A stretch of DNA of 64,000 nucleotides from a bacterium (GTDB lineage Bacteria; Patescibacteriota; Minisyncoccia; Phycocordibacterales; SBAW01). The translations under genes were made by a program, and so were the position numbers. The stretch spans positions 90,099 to 154,098 of the forward strand of contig JBAXFJ010000002.1 in the NCBI GenBank assembly GCA_037139975.1, written 5' to 3'. This document shows, one piece after another, positions 1 through 9,219 of this stretch; within the stretch, counting starts at the first letter, position 1; every line of letters begins with the position of its first letter. The notes beneath the pieces are model-generated. The model was not told the origin of the DNA. It saw nothing but the letters and a program-made list of their open reading frames with translations, and searched no databases.

Positions 1-320
1 TGTCTTTTGATAGAGATTTTTTGAAAGCTGCAGCCGCTCGGGCTGGCCATACCAACTGGCCATTTGCCCACCGTACCATCGATACTCACACGCTGTGCTA
101 TATGCACATGATCAAAAGGGGACTGACTCCCCCTGTTGACCCTGTTAAAAAGCATTCTAGTTTAAACCTCGACGCCGTGCTCAACTATTGCGGAATTCCC
201 AACGAACCGACGCCTCACAACGCTCTAACGGGGGCAAAAAGCCACGCCGAGGTCATATCGCGGCTCTTGTATGACAAAAAGCTCTTGCCCGAGTTTGCCT
301 CATTTGAGATACCTTGGTGA
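1..320 (+). CDS. DnaQ-like 3'-5' exonuclease domain protein, C-terminal fragment (true start upstream of window)
   Basis: Frame is open from position 3, so the TTG at 21 is internal. 'SLNLDAVLNYCGI...HNALTGAKSHAEV' resembles the Exo II/III region of DEDDh exonucleases (cf. DnaQ 'SLDALCxRYxI...HGALLDA'), but the motif III Asp appears replaced (ALTGA). Confidence 0.4.
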   Translation, partial: SFDRDFLKAAAARAGHTNWPFAHRTIDTHTLCYMHMIKRGLTPPVDPVKKHSSLNLDAVLNYCGIPNEPTPHNALTGAKSHAEVISRLLYDKKLLPEFASFEIPW

Positions 321-485
321 GCACAAAAACAGCACATTTTTTACATCTGTACAATCCAAAATAGCCCTATAAATAAGGCTATTTACTCGTCAAGACAATA
401 TCCACAGGAAATGATGGGGTAGTGCTATTTCCTGTCAATACCCCTCTATTGACCCTCGCTCCCAAGACCGATATCCTTTCTTTAT

Positions 486-513
486 CTCCGGCAGTCGAAG
501 CCGGAGCTTTTTC
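486..513 (+). terminator. Rho-independent terminator-like hairpin (CTCCGGC-agtcgaa-GCCGGAG + CTTTTTCG)
   Basis: Perfect 7-bp stem, 7-nt loop and T-tract, read directly. Lies 165 nt downstream of the exonuclease-like ORF and 45 nt upstream of the 558 ORF. Confidence 0.45.
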
Positions 514-557
514 GTTCCCACCCCTATATATAAACACCACAAGCACACATTTAATTT

Positions 558-1010
558 ATGCCCTCAATTACTCTAGGCTTCGCACTCACCCTTTCGTCCC
601 TTGCGCTTGGCCCAAGCACAACAACTGCACCATCTGTGCCAGCGCGTGCACCCCAGGCACAAACGGTCAAAGAGACTGTTGCTGCGTATTTTGCCGACGT
701 ACCAATCATGGTTGCCATTTCTTCGTGCGAGTCACACTTTCGCCAATATGACGTGAGCGGCTCAGTGTATCGTGGGGAACAAAATCACCAAGACGTGGGC
801 GTGATGCAGATCAATGAGCACTATCACTTGGATGTTTCAAAAAAGCTTGGCTACGACATATACACTACAGAGGGCAATATGGCCTATGCGCGCTTTTTGT
901 ATGAACAAGAAGGTGTTGCTCCTTGGATGTCTTCTTCGCCTTGCTGGCAACGCAGCGTTGCAGCCCACAACCTCGAGAACGCAAAAGTTCTTGCAAGTGC
1001 AGTCAAATAA
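558..1010 (+). CDS. small secreted lytic transglycosylase-like (SLT/lysozyme-like) protein
   Basis: Hydrophobic N-terminus. 'SSCESHFRQYD...GVMQINEHYH' matches the SLT-domain catalytic ES...GLMQ pattern. No clear SD. Confidence 0.45.
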   Translation: MPSITLGFALTLSSLALGPSTTTAPSVPARAPQAQTVKETVAAYFADVPIMVAISSCESHFRQYDVSGSVYRGEQNHQDVGVMQINEHYHLDVSKKLGYDIYTTEGNMAYARFLYEQEGVAPWMSSSPCWQRSVAAHNLENAKVLASAVK

Positions 1011-1066
1011 ACCAGATCAACAAAAATTCGCACTTATTTAAAAAACGAAACAACGCGTTGTAAAAA

Positions 1067-1447
1067 TTATTTTACAGCGCGTTGTTTCGTTGGGTTACAA
1101 GAAGCAATAAACAGCAACCCACCAACGATGGCCATGCTTTGCAGAAAAAGCTGCACATGGCTTGGTGTGGCGTTGGTAAATAGCGTGAGCGAAGAGACAA
1201 GTAGGTATGCCACAAGCGCCCATGCAAACGGCTGTGTGCGATAATCAGCAACAAGTGCGATGCCGCCGACGGTCATAACAGTCCCAGCAAACACTGCCAG
1301 AAGTGTTGGTTGGGGTAAGCCAGCGAGCGCCAACATAGAAACTGCAAACGGTAAATTTAAAATTTCTTGAATACCAGTCCAGAGAAAGTAGCCGCCAACA
1401 AGAATGCGGCCAATCAATGGTGCATAAAAAGCGCTTGGACGGTTCAT
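1067..1447 (-). CDS. DoxX family membrane protein
   Basis: 'GRILVGGYFLWTGIQ' DoxX signature; 3-4 TM helices. Start taken at the internal Met (MNRPSAFYAPLIGRIL) of the longer ORF 1067..1522. Confidence 0.6.
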   Translation of the reverse strand: MNRPSAFYAPLIGRILVGGYFLWTGIQEILNLPFAVSMLALAGLPQPTLLAVFAGTVMTVGGIALVADYRTQPFAWALVAYLLVSSLTLFTNATPSHVQLFLQSMAIVGGLLFIASCNPTKQRAVK

Positions 1448-1580
1448 ACATAACAAGTATAGCGCACAAACAGCACTTCGGAAGCTTACATGCACATGCG
1501 ACACAATTCGTATGACTAACATGACGTAAAAGATATATTGTGCGACACACCTATATTCAAACCAATGATAGAATGAGCAA

Positions 1581-2321
1581 ATGGCTCAAGACCCGCGTTT
1601 GTATGCAAAAAAAATAAAAGTACTCCTCTCCCCCACGGAGCGAGCGCTCTTTCAAAAACTTTCTACCCCACACAAGGCGCAAGACTTCCTGGACCACTCC
1701 CCCATAAATTTTCAAGAAAGAGGGGAGGGTATTTTTTCACCCCGAGTGATGCTCAAAAAGAAAAAGCTTCAGTGCATGGAGGGGGCGCTTGTGGCAGCCG
1801 CTACCCTCGCCTATCACGGACGCAGTCCCCTGCTTATGGACTTTCAAACTATCGATGAAGACGAGGACCACGTTATCGCGCTTTTTTTTGAAGAACGTGC
1901 AGATAAAAAAACTGGAAGAAAGATTACGTTGTGGGGCGCGCTAAGCAAGACCAACCACGCGATCCTTCGTTGGCGCGACCCGGTCTACAAGACTCCACGC
2001 GAACTCGCGATGTCCTACTTCCACGAATACTACATGCGTGACGGCCGCAAGAGCTTGCTCACCTATTCAAAACCATTCGACCTGTCGCGCTATGCACCAG
2101 AGCGTTGGGTGACTGCTGAGCCCGGTCAAAATGGAGTATCTGATGGGGAAGACCTCGAGTGGCTCGCGGTGGCGCTCGATGAGTCGCCCCACTTCCCTAT
2201 TTTTCCGGGCGCTACAAAACAGACGCTGCAAAAACTTCGCCGGGCATCACCACTGGAACTCAAACTGCTCGACACAGTCGAGTGGAACGATCCACGCAAA
2301 AAAAGTGAACGGTTAGGATAG
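1581..2321 (+). CDS. hypothetical protein (possible papain/transglutaminase-like Cys-His-Asp fold)
   Basis: 246-aa ORF with coding-like composition. Cys65...His97...Asp spacing is consistent with a cysteine-peptidase-like fold, but no firm motif. Confidence 0.5.
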   Translation: MAQDPRLYAKKIKVLLSPTERALFQKLSTPHKAQDFLDHSPINFQERGEGIFSPRVMLKKKKLQCMEGALVAAATLAYHGRSPLLMDFQTIDEDEDHVIALFFEERADKKTGRKITLWGALSKTNHAILRWRDPVYKTPRELAMSYFHEYYMRDGRKSLLTYSKPFDLSRYAPERWVTAEPGQNGVSDGEDLEWLAVALDESPHFPIFPGATKQTLQKLRRASPLELKLLDTVEWNDPRKKSERLG

Positions 2322-2334
2322 TGGGGATAGGATT

Positions 2335-3108
2335 TTAGCTTTTAAGCCCGGCGCCGGTTTTGAATAGATAGAGAATGATTATTGAAAGGAGGATAGTGAG
2401 CCCAACAAGGAGCGAGAAGCTGATGAAAATTGAGACGTCCGAAACGCCCAAGAAACCATAGCGAAAGGCATTAACCATATAAAGGATAGGGTTAAAAAGC
2501 GAAATTGTTTGCCACAGGGGCGGAAGACGATGAATTGAATAGAAGACGCCACCCAGGTAGGTTAGCGGGGTGAGCACAAAGACCGGTACGATGCTGACCC
2601 CATCAAATGTTTTGGCAAACATCCCATTGAGAAGCCCCGCGAGCGAAAAGAGCACACTCGTGAGCACAACTGCGGCGACAAGAATGGAAAATGAAAAGAT
2701 GGCGAGGTGTGTAAAGAAAAGCGACGTAAGGAGCACTAGCACGCCGATAACCAGCCCACGGAAGACTCCCCCGCTCACAAACCCTAGGACTACTACCCAG
2801 TTGGGCGTGGGCGAGACCATAATCTCTTCAAGATTGCGTTGGAACTTTGCACCAAAAAATGCCGAGACGACATTACTGTATGAATTGGTGATGACTGCCA
2901 TCATCACGAGGCCTGGAACGATGAACTGAATATAGGAAAAGCCGTTGATTGAGGCAATTTGTGAACCGATAAAGCTCCCAAACACGATATAGTAGAGCGA
3001 CATGGTGATCACCGACGGCAAAAATGTTTGCGACCAGATGCGCATCATGCGGATGATTTCCTTGCGTACGATAGTGTAGTAAGCGACTGCAATTCCTTTT
3101 GGTGTCAT
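2335..3108 (-). CDS. ABC-2 type transporter permease
   Basis: Six predicted TM helices and an ABC-2 family-like N-terminus 'YYTIVRKEIIRMMRIWSQTFLPSVITMSLYYIVFG'. Immediately downstream of the ATPase gene. Confidence 0.8.
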   Translation of the reverse strand: MTPKGIAVAYYTIVRKEIIRMMRIWSQTFLPSVITMSLYYIVFGSFIGSQIASINGFSYIQFIVPGLVMMAVITNSYSNVVSAFFGAKFQRNLEEIMVSPTPNWVVVLGFVSGGVFRGLVIGVLVLLTSLFFTHLAIFSFSILVAAVVLTSVLFSLAGLLNGMFAKTFDGVSIVPVFVLTPLTYLGGVFYSIHRLPPLWQTISLFNPILYMVNAFRYGFLGVSDVSIFISFSLLVGLTILLSIIILYLFKTGAGLKS

Positions 3109-3114
3109 ATTATT

Positions 3115-3846
3115 TTATTGCTTTTCTATCAGCTCGACGAATATGTCTTCAAGTTTTTTGTCGCCCGAGCGAGCGCGCAGGCCCGCAACAGACTCATTCA
3201 CAATGATCTCGCCACGATTGATTATCGCCACGTTGCGGCACAGCTGCTCAGCTTCTTCCAGGTAGTGTGTGGTCAAAACGATGGTGGTACCGTTCGCGTT
3301 CATGGTGCGCAAAAAATCCCACATACTGCGCCGCAGTTCAACGTCAACACCCGCGGTTGGCTCGTCAAGTATCAAAAGTTTTGGGTGGTGGATGAGCGCG
3401 CGGGCGATCATGAGCCGGCGTTTCATCCCACCTGAAAGCGTGCGCGCCGCTTCGTTTCTTTTTTCCCACAGCCCAAGCTCGATGAGAATTGGTTCGGCGT
3501 CTTTGAGGGCGATGCTGCGCGGGATGCCATAGTAACCAGCCTGAGTAACCACGATGTCTATCACTTTTTCAAAAATATTGAAGTTAAACTCTTGCGGAAC
3601 AAGGCCGATATAGGTTTTTGCTTTTTCTGTCTCGGTGTCGATAGACGCCCCAAACACACTCGCCTCGCCACTGGTTTTGTTGGTGAGGCCTGCAAGAATA
3701 CTGATAATAGTAGTCTTCCCTGCCCCGTTGGGTCCCAAGAGCGCAAAAAAGTCTCCGGCAGCAACACTCAAAGAGACTTTTTTAAGAGCCACGGTGCCAC
3801 CTTCGTAGACCTTGTAGAGATTTTTTATTGAAATTGCGTCTTGCAT
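3115..3846 (-). CDS. ABC transporter ATP-binding protein
   Basis: Walker A 'GPNGAGKTT', ABC signature 'LSGGMKRRL', Walker B 'LLILDEPT'. Start taken at the internal Met (MQDAISIKNLYKVYEGG). Confidence 0.85.
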   Translation of the reverse strand: MQDAISIKNLYKVYEGGTVALKKVSLSVAAGDFFALLGPNGAGKTTIISILAGLTNKTSGEASVFGASIDTETEKAKTYIGLVPQEFNFNIFEKVIDIVVTQAGYYGIPRSIALKDAEPILIELGLWEKRNEAARTLSGGMKRRLMIARALIHHPKLLILDEPTAGVDVELRRSMWDFLRTMNANGTTIVLTTHYLEEAEQLCRNVAIINRGEIIVNESVAGLRARSGDKKLEDIFVELIEKQ

Positions 3847-3929
3847 GCAGTTTTGTAGTATAGCACACAAGCATAACAAAACCCCAAAACCTTGCGGTTA
3901 CTGGGGTTTTGTATGGGTTCGAGATCTTT

Positions 3930-4160
3930 TTATGCCATGCACACTTTACAGTCTTTTTTGTGTCCAACCACAAGCCACACCGCGGAGAGACCAACAAGCA
4001 CATATACAATACCTTCGAGCTTCATCGAAGAACCAACGACCATGTGTACCACATTCCAATCAGCACCTGTACCGCCCATCAACATACTGGCACCAACCAA
4101 ACCCCAATTTATTCCACCCACGATGGTAAGAATAAACGTAACCATGTGAAGTATTTTCAT
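3930..4160 (-). CDS. DUF378 family small membrane protein
   Basis: 76 aa with the 'VGGINWGLVG' motif characteristic of DUF378 (YuzA-like). Confidence 0.6.
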   Translation of the reverse strand: MKILHMVTFILTIVGGINWGLVGASMLMGGTGADWNVVHMVVGSSMKLEGIVYVLVGLSAVWLVVGHKKDCKVCMA

Positions 4161-4239
4161 TTTATTTTAAAAGAAAAATTCTACTAACGACACGGTCGAC
4201 CAGTCCGTGTATTAAGTATGAGGTTTTTTTGGTACATGT

Positions 4240-5568
4240 CTAGAGGTGTGGTAAGTAGGAAAGTGGATTCAAGTATGCTGAGATATCCCCCACCGGCATG
4301 GTGTAAGTCTTGCCATTACAACTCTTGCTTGCAAACGAGGCGACCTCAGACCCAGAGCTTGCGTACACGCCAAAGTGCAGATGCGGCCCTGTTGCATACC
4401 CTGTAGAGCCAGAATAACCGACCACTTGCCCCACACTCACGCTCTGGCCTTTTGAAACGCTGATCACTGAAAGGTGGGCATACAACGTAGAGAGGCCATT
4501 GTCGTGTTTAATAAAAACCCATTTACCATATGACGCTCCCGGACAAGTGGCGTCGGTGTTGCCTGTTCCTAAAATGACACCGCCGCGAGCAGCCTTCACT
4601 GGTGTACCTGGTGAAGCACCGAAGTCTACTCCGGTGTGCCCGTGACCATTGTAAAGTTGTGCGTTTGCTGTCGCAAATGGAGTGTTGCCAAAATATTGTG
4701 TGATGATTATCCTGCTCAGCGGCCACTGCAGCACGCCGCTCCCAGACGAAGGCACACTGCCCGCAAGAACCTTGAGGTCTAGCTGTGCCTCAAAGTTGAG
4801 CAGGTCTTGTTCGAATTGTGCCTCTTGCGCCTTTTTTTGAGCAATCTGTGCTTGATACACAGATTCTTTATTTTTTGTGGACACCAAGAGGTCGGCCTGA
4901 GTTTGTCGAGCAATAGCAAGACTCTGTTTTTGTTGTGCTAAGTTTTGCTGTAACCCAACAAGATCTTGACGCTTCCCGACAGCGCTCGTTTTGCTGACCT
5001 GTAAGCCAGCTTTAAGTGCGGTAAGTTTTTTTATTTTTTCCCCCAAACTAATGCGCACACTTGCAAGCGTGGTTGCTTCATCAAAAAAAGAAGAAAGAGT
5101 ACTGTTGCTTAAAAGCAAAAAAACTGGCGACTGCGCGTCAAGCATCCCTAACTCATTGAGCGAGCGGCCTACCTCTTGTTGCACCTGACCAATTTCATTG
5201 GTAGTGGTACTAATGTTGCCACTGAGTCGTTTAATCTCCCTGTCTTTTTGGGTGATTTGCACATTGGTAAGCGTAATGCTGGTCGCAAGCTTTTTTATAT
5301 TCAGATCAAGGCTTTTGACAGCGCCTTGCAGTGTTTGTTTTTGTTTGCTAGTAGTGTCGAGTTGCCCTTGTAGCTGTTCAATCTCTTGTTTGAGTTGATT
5401 TATTTGCTGCGCACTTTGATCTATTTGATTTTGCAGTACATCTGCGTTTGGCGCAACAGGCGCCGCAGCGACTGGCACGCTGGTTGTTGCGGTGTCTGCA
5501 TACACAAAAGAACATGGCAATAAAAAAAACAGTAGTAGTGCGCCAACAAAACGCCGAGTAACAAGCAT
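4240..5568 (-). CDS. M23 family metallopeptidase with N-terminal coiled-coil (EnvC-like murein hydrolase activator/LytM)
   Basis: Signal peptide, long Q/L-rich coiled coil, C-terminal 'GHTGVDFGASPGTPV...HLHFGVY' M23 motifs. Confidence 0.85.
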   Translation of the reverse strand: MLVTRRFVGALLLFFLLPCSFVYADTATTSVPVAAAPVAPNADVLQNQIDQSAQQINQLKQEIEQLQGQLDTTSKQKQTLQGAVKSLDLNIKKLATSITLTNVQITQKDREIKRLSGNISTTTNEIGQVQQEVGRSLNELGMLDAQSPVFLLLSNSTLSSFFDEATTLASVRISLGEKIKKLTALKAGLQVSKTSAVGKRQDLVGLQQNLAQQKQSLAIARQTQADLLVSTKNKESVYQAQIAQKKAQEAQFEQDLLNFEAQLDLKVLAGSVPSSGSGVLQWPLSRIIITQYFGNTPFATANAQLYNGHGHTGVDFGASPGTPVKAARGGVILGTGNTDATCPGASYGKWVFIKHDNGLSTLYAHLSVISVSKGQSVSVGQVVGYSGSTGYATGPHLHFGVYASSGSEVASFASKSCNGKTYTMPVGDISAYLNPLSYLPHL

Positions 5569-5577
5569 TGTCCTATT

Positions 5578-6930
5578 CTAAAGCAATTGCAGCGCCCGCT
5601 CAACACGTTCACGCACCTTTTCCCTCCCCAAGAGACCGCACAGCGTAAATGGGTCGGGCGATTTTTCTTTACCCGAGAGCGCAACACGCAGTGGCCACAA
5701 CACACTTGCCCTTCCTTCTTCGGTCGCATACGGAAAAAGTGCCAACCTAACTGTATCAATCGTAAAGTCTTGAGAAAAAATATTGTCCAATAAATCTTGA
5801 ACCATAGCAAGGTGTCGTTTGACCGTGTCGGCATCAGCTTTTGCCCCCTTGAGCAAGAGCTCTGGGGCATAGGTGACGTAAGGCTCCATAAAGCCAAATT
5901 CGCCCTCCAGGAGAGCATTTTGAGCCTCTAGGAGGGTTTCTACCCGCTCCCGAAGCAAGCCCGCAACTTGGGGGAAATAGGCAGGCAGGGCGACCTCTCC
6001 CGCTCCCGAACCACCACTCTTTGAGGCAAACTCGTGCACGCGAGCAATAAACTCATCGTCAGTGAGCCGCTTGATGTGCTCGTGGTTGAACCATTTGAGT
6101 TTTTCAATATCGAAAATAGCGCCTGCTTTATGTACACGTTCAAGCGAAAAAGTACTCACGAGCTCTTCAAGAGTAAAAAGTTCTTGTTCGGTCCCTGGGT
6201 TCCACCCCAGCAATGCCAAGTAATTAATAATCGCTTCGGGTAAAAATCCCTGAGCGCGATAATTTTCAATAGACGCGCCGTGTTTTCGTTTTGAAAGTTT
6301 TGCTCGATCGGGTGCAAGAATAAGGGGGAGGTGCGCATATGTTGGCCGCGCAAATCCAAGCGCTTCGAGGATGAGTATTTGCCGCGGAGTATTAGAGATG
6401 TGCTCCTCGGCACGCAAGACATGGGTGACTCCAGCATCCCCGTCATCTGCCACCACGGCAAAGTGATAGAGCGGATCGTTGAGCGAACGTGCAATAACAA
6501 AGTCTCCCAACTCTGTGGTGTCAAAAACAATCTCGCCGCGTATGAGGTCAGTGAAGGCTACAGCACTGTTGGGATTCTTAAGCCGAACGACTTCCACGGT
6601 TTGTGAAGGATCGTCTTTTTTTGGTTCTTTTGAAACATATGCCTTACCAGATTCCACAAGCGAGTGGAGCAGTTCTATATGCCGTTCCAAATGTTCAGAG
6701 GTGCGGTATTTGGCATCAGGCGGAAGCCCACACCAGGCAAAGTCCTCCCATATCGCATCCACCCACTCTTCTTTATTGCGCTCTTTATCGGTATCTTCAA
6801 TGCGAACAAAATAGCTACCATCATTCTGCTTTGCGAACAGATAGTTAAAAAGCGCGGTGCGGACTGTGCCGATATGCATCTGCCCCGTAGGACTTGGCGC
6901 AATGCGGGTGATGATTTTTTCAGGATTCAT
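5578..6930 (-). CDS. gltX: glutamate--tRNA ligase
   Basis: Class I HIGH motif 'PTGQMHIGTVRTALFNYLFAK', 'KLSKRK' KMSKS-like motif, 450 aa. Confidence 0.9.
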   Translation of the reverse strand: MNPEKIITRIAPSPTGQMHIGTVRTALFNYLFAKQNDGSYFVRIEDTDKERNKEEWVDAIWEDFAWCGLPPDAKYRTSEHLERHIELLHSLVESGKAYVSKEPKKDDPSQTVEVVRLKNPNSAVAFTDLIRGEIVFDTTELGDFVIARSLNDPLYHFAVVADDGDAGVTHVLRAEEHISNTPRQILILEALGFARPTYAHLPLILAPDRAKLSKRKHGASIENYRAQGFLPEAIINYLALLGWNPGTEQELFTLEELVSTFSLERVHKAGAIFDIEKLKWFNHEHIKRLTDDEFIARVHEFASKSGGSGAGEVALPAYFPQVAGLLRERVETLLEAQNALLEGEFGFMEPYVTYAPELLLKGAKADADTVKRHLAMVQDLLDNIFSQDFTIDTVRLALFPYATEEGRASVLWPLRVALSGKEKSPDPFTLCGLLGREKVRERVERALQLL

Positions 6931-6942
6931 GTGTTGCGCAAA

Positions 6943-8085
6943 TTATTTTTCGTGAGAAACAGCAATGTCGAGAAGGGCTGCGGCGATGGTGCGAGCAGCG
7001 TCTGGACGAGAAAAGCCCCTGGCAGCCACACTCATCTTTTGCATGATATCAGAATGATCAAGAATTCGCCCAACTTCAGAAACCAGCACACCGGGCGTGA
7101 AGTTATTTTGCTCAATCACCACTGTGGCCCCACTGCGAGCAAAAGAATAGGCATTGCGTGTTTGGTCGTGAGAAATTGACTGAGGGATGGGCACTACAAT
7201 TGACGGCAACCCCCAGGTTGAAATCTCAAAAATACTTCCCGCCCCTGCACGCGAAACCACAAGTTTAGCTGCTCCAGCAGCCATGCGCATCGCGAGCGCG
7301 TCGAGATACCCAAACGGCTTATACCGGTCCGCATGGGGGCTGTTGCTCAAAATGATTCGTGCGCGACCGGTAACTTCAGTAATGTTGAGTGCCCCCGTTT
7401 GATGAATTATTTGATATTTTTCGAGCAGCGTTGGAAGCGCGCCGAGCACCGTCTCGTTGAGCGCTGTTGCACCTTGCGAACCACCCAGAATCAGGAGAAC
7501 AGGGACTTCTGACTTTAGTTTTAAAAATTCATAAATACCACTACGCACCGGTGTCAAGAGGGCTTTTCTGACTGGGTTTCCTGTGTACGCAACCACGTCT
7601 TTAGGAAAATAGGTTGCCGCTTCAGGAAACGAGATAGCGACCTTTGTTGCAAACTTTCCTGCCCAACGGTTCACACGACTTGGTTCCGCATCGGTCGAAT
7701 AGATGATCACTGGGATGCGCAAAATACGCGCGGCGAGCAGTGTAGGAAAACTCGCATACCCACCCGCGCCCAACACTACGTCTGGGTAAAGAAAGAAGAG
7801 TCTCCAAACTGATTTTATCGTACCCCAGAGTGTCTTGAACAAGTCTATAAAATTAAAAAGGTAGCTCGAGGCAGACGAGTCGCGGCGCAACTTTCCCGCT
7901 GCGGTGGGCAAAAATGTAATGTCGTTCATGAACAACAAGTCAGCATCGTACGGATCCGGCGCTGCATAAAAAAGCTGCGGCTCCACATATTTTTTCTCGC
8001 GCACAAGCTCGTGCACTGCCTCAGCGATGGCAATAATTGGGTAAAAGTGTCCTCCGCTTCCCCCTGTGGTAAATAAAATCTTCAT
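6943..8085 (-). CDS. murG: UDP-GlcNAc--undecaprenyl-PP-MurNAc-pentapeptide GlcNAc transferase
   Basis: 'MKILFTTGGSGGHFYPIIAIA' N-terminal G-loop and 'LGGSQGA' motif. Co-located with ftsW and mraY. Confidence 0.9.
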   Translation of the reverse strand: MKILFTTGGSGGHFYPIIAIAEAVHELVREKKYVEPQLFYAAPDPYDADLLFMNDITFLPTAAGKLRRDSSASSYLFNFIDLFKTLWGTIKSVWRLFFLYPDVVLGAGGYASFPTLLAARILRIPVIIYSTDAEPSRVNRWAGKFATKVAISFPEAATYFPKDVVAYTGNPVRKALLTPVRSGIYEFLKLKSEVPVLLILGGSQGATALNETVLGALPTLLEKYQIIHQTGALNITEVTGRARIILSNSPHADRYKPFGYLDALAMRMAAGAAKLVVSRAGAGSIFEISTWGLPSIVVPIPQSISHDQTRNAYSFARSGATVVIEQNNFTPGVLVSEVGRILDHSDIMQKMSVAARGFSRPDAARTIAAALLDIAVSHEK

Positions 8086-8120
8086 AGTTTATTCAGTGTA
8101 TCAGAAAATAATTAACCTGA

Positions 8121-9218
8121 TCACCCTTTCATGTGGCGGGAGACCGAGAGAATGACGCCGACTTCGGCCAGAGAGAGCGCGAGGGCGGTTCCGCCGTGCG
8201 AGACAAAGATGAGCGGAATACCAACCAAAGGGACAAGACCGATGCTTGAAGCAATGTTGAAGAATGACTGCCCCACTATCATGGTGACAAGTCCCACCAC
8301 AATAAGCCCCCCAAAGGGGTCTGGTGCGCGCGCCGCGATGCGCAGACCCAAAATGCCGAAAATAGCAAACAAGAGCACCAACAATGTTGATCCAACAAAA
8401 CCAAATTCTTCGGCCGCAACTGCAAAAATCGAGTCCCCTGTTGGCTCGGGCAGATAGGAAAACTTTTCAATACTTTGACCGAATCCACGACCAGTGAATT
8501 GCCCCGAACCGACCGCGATGAGTGACTGTTGGATTTGATAGCCTGACCCACGCGGGTCAGCCGATTGATCAAGGAACGTTTCGATGCGCTTTGCCACATA
8601 CGGACGCTCGTATGCAGCAACACCTATCGCCAACACGCCCAACAAAGCCAGGAGTCCCAGGTGCGACACCCGCCCGCCTGCAGCAAACAGCATAGTGACT
8701 GCGGTGATTCCGATAACAATAACCCCAGCGGTGTTTGGTTGCACAAGCAAGATGAACGCTGCACTCCCTGCAACCAGCACCAACGGCACGATGCCACCAC
8801 GCAGAGTGTTCACTGTTTTGTAGCGTGCCGCATAGACCGCAGCAAGAAAGAGGACGGTTGCGAACTTTAAGATTTCTTCAGGCTGAAAAGAAAAACCCCC
8901 CACTCGTATCCAACGCGACGCCCCCTTAAGCGAGAGGCCGATGTGGGGCACAAAAGTAAGGAGTGTGAGAAAAAGAGCACCTCCGAAAAAATAGGGTGTA
9001 TAGGGTTTTAGTTTGCGGTAGTCGAGTCGAGAGAAAAAGATGAGAAGCACGCTCCCGCACAAAAGCCCAAAAAGAAGCTGTGACGCTGCCACTGAAGTAA
9101 AACTTGCACCACCTGGTTTTGCCAACAGCCCAAGCGCCGCCGAAGTGAAGATGAGTAGCCCAAACACTACCAATGTCAGCACGGAGAGCAAAAATGGTGT
9201 GTCGACTCGTCTTTTCAT
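8121..9218 (-). CDS. ftsW: FtsW/RodA/SpoVE family peptidoglycan glycosyltransferase
   Basis: 10-TM SEDS-family topology and conserved C-terminal 'GGTALALSL' region. Sits between mraY and murG. Confidence 0.85.
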   Translation of the reverse strand: MKRRVDTPFLLSVLTLVVFGLLIFTSAALGLLAKPGGASFTSVAASQLLFGLLCGSVLLIFFSRLDYRKLKPYTPYFFGGALFLTLLTFVPHIGLSLKGASRWIRVGGFSFQPEEILKFATVLFLAAVYAARYKTVNTLRGGIVPLVLVAGSAAFILLVQPNTAGVIVIGITAVTMLFAAGGRVSHLGLLALLGVLAIGVAAYERPYVAKRIETFLDQSADPRGSGYQIQQSLIAVGSGQFTGRGFGQSIEKFSYLPEPTGDSIFAVAAEEFGFVGSTLLVLLFAIFGILGLRIAARAPDPFGGLIVVGLVTMIVGQSFFNIASSIGLVPLVGIPLIFVSHGGTALALSLAEVGVILSVSRHMKG

Positions 9219-9219
9219 T

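Noticed and set aside
422-751. 109-aa ORF overlapping the start of the SLT-like gene
   Set aside because: It lies in an alternative frame overlapping 558..1010. It lacks the SLT motif, which is read in the other frame.
3781-3800. GGTGCCACC palindrome inside the ABC ATPase gene as another copy of the AAGGTG-core element
   Set aside because: It encodes the conserved 'EGGTVAL' segment of the ATPase and is short enough to be coincidental.
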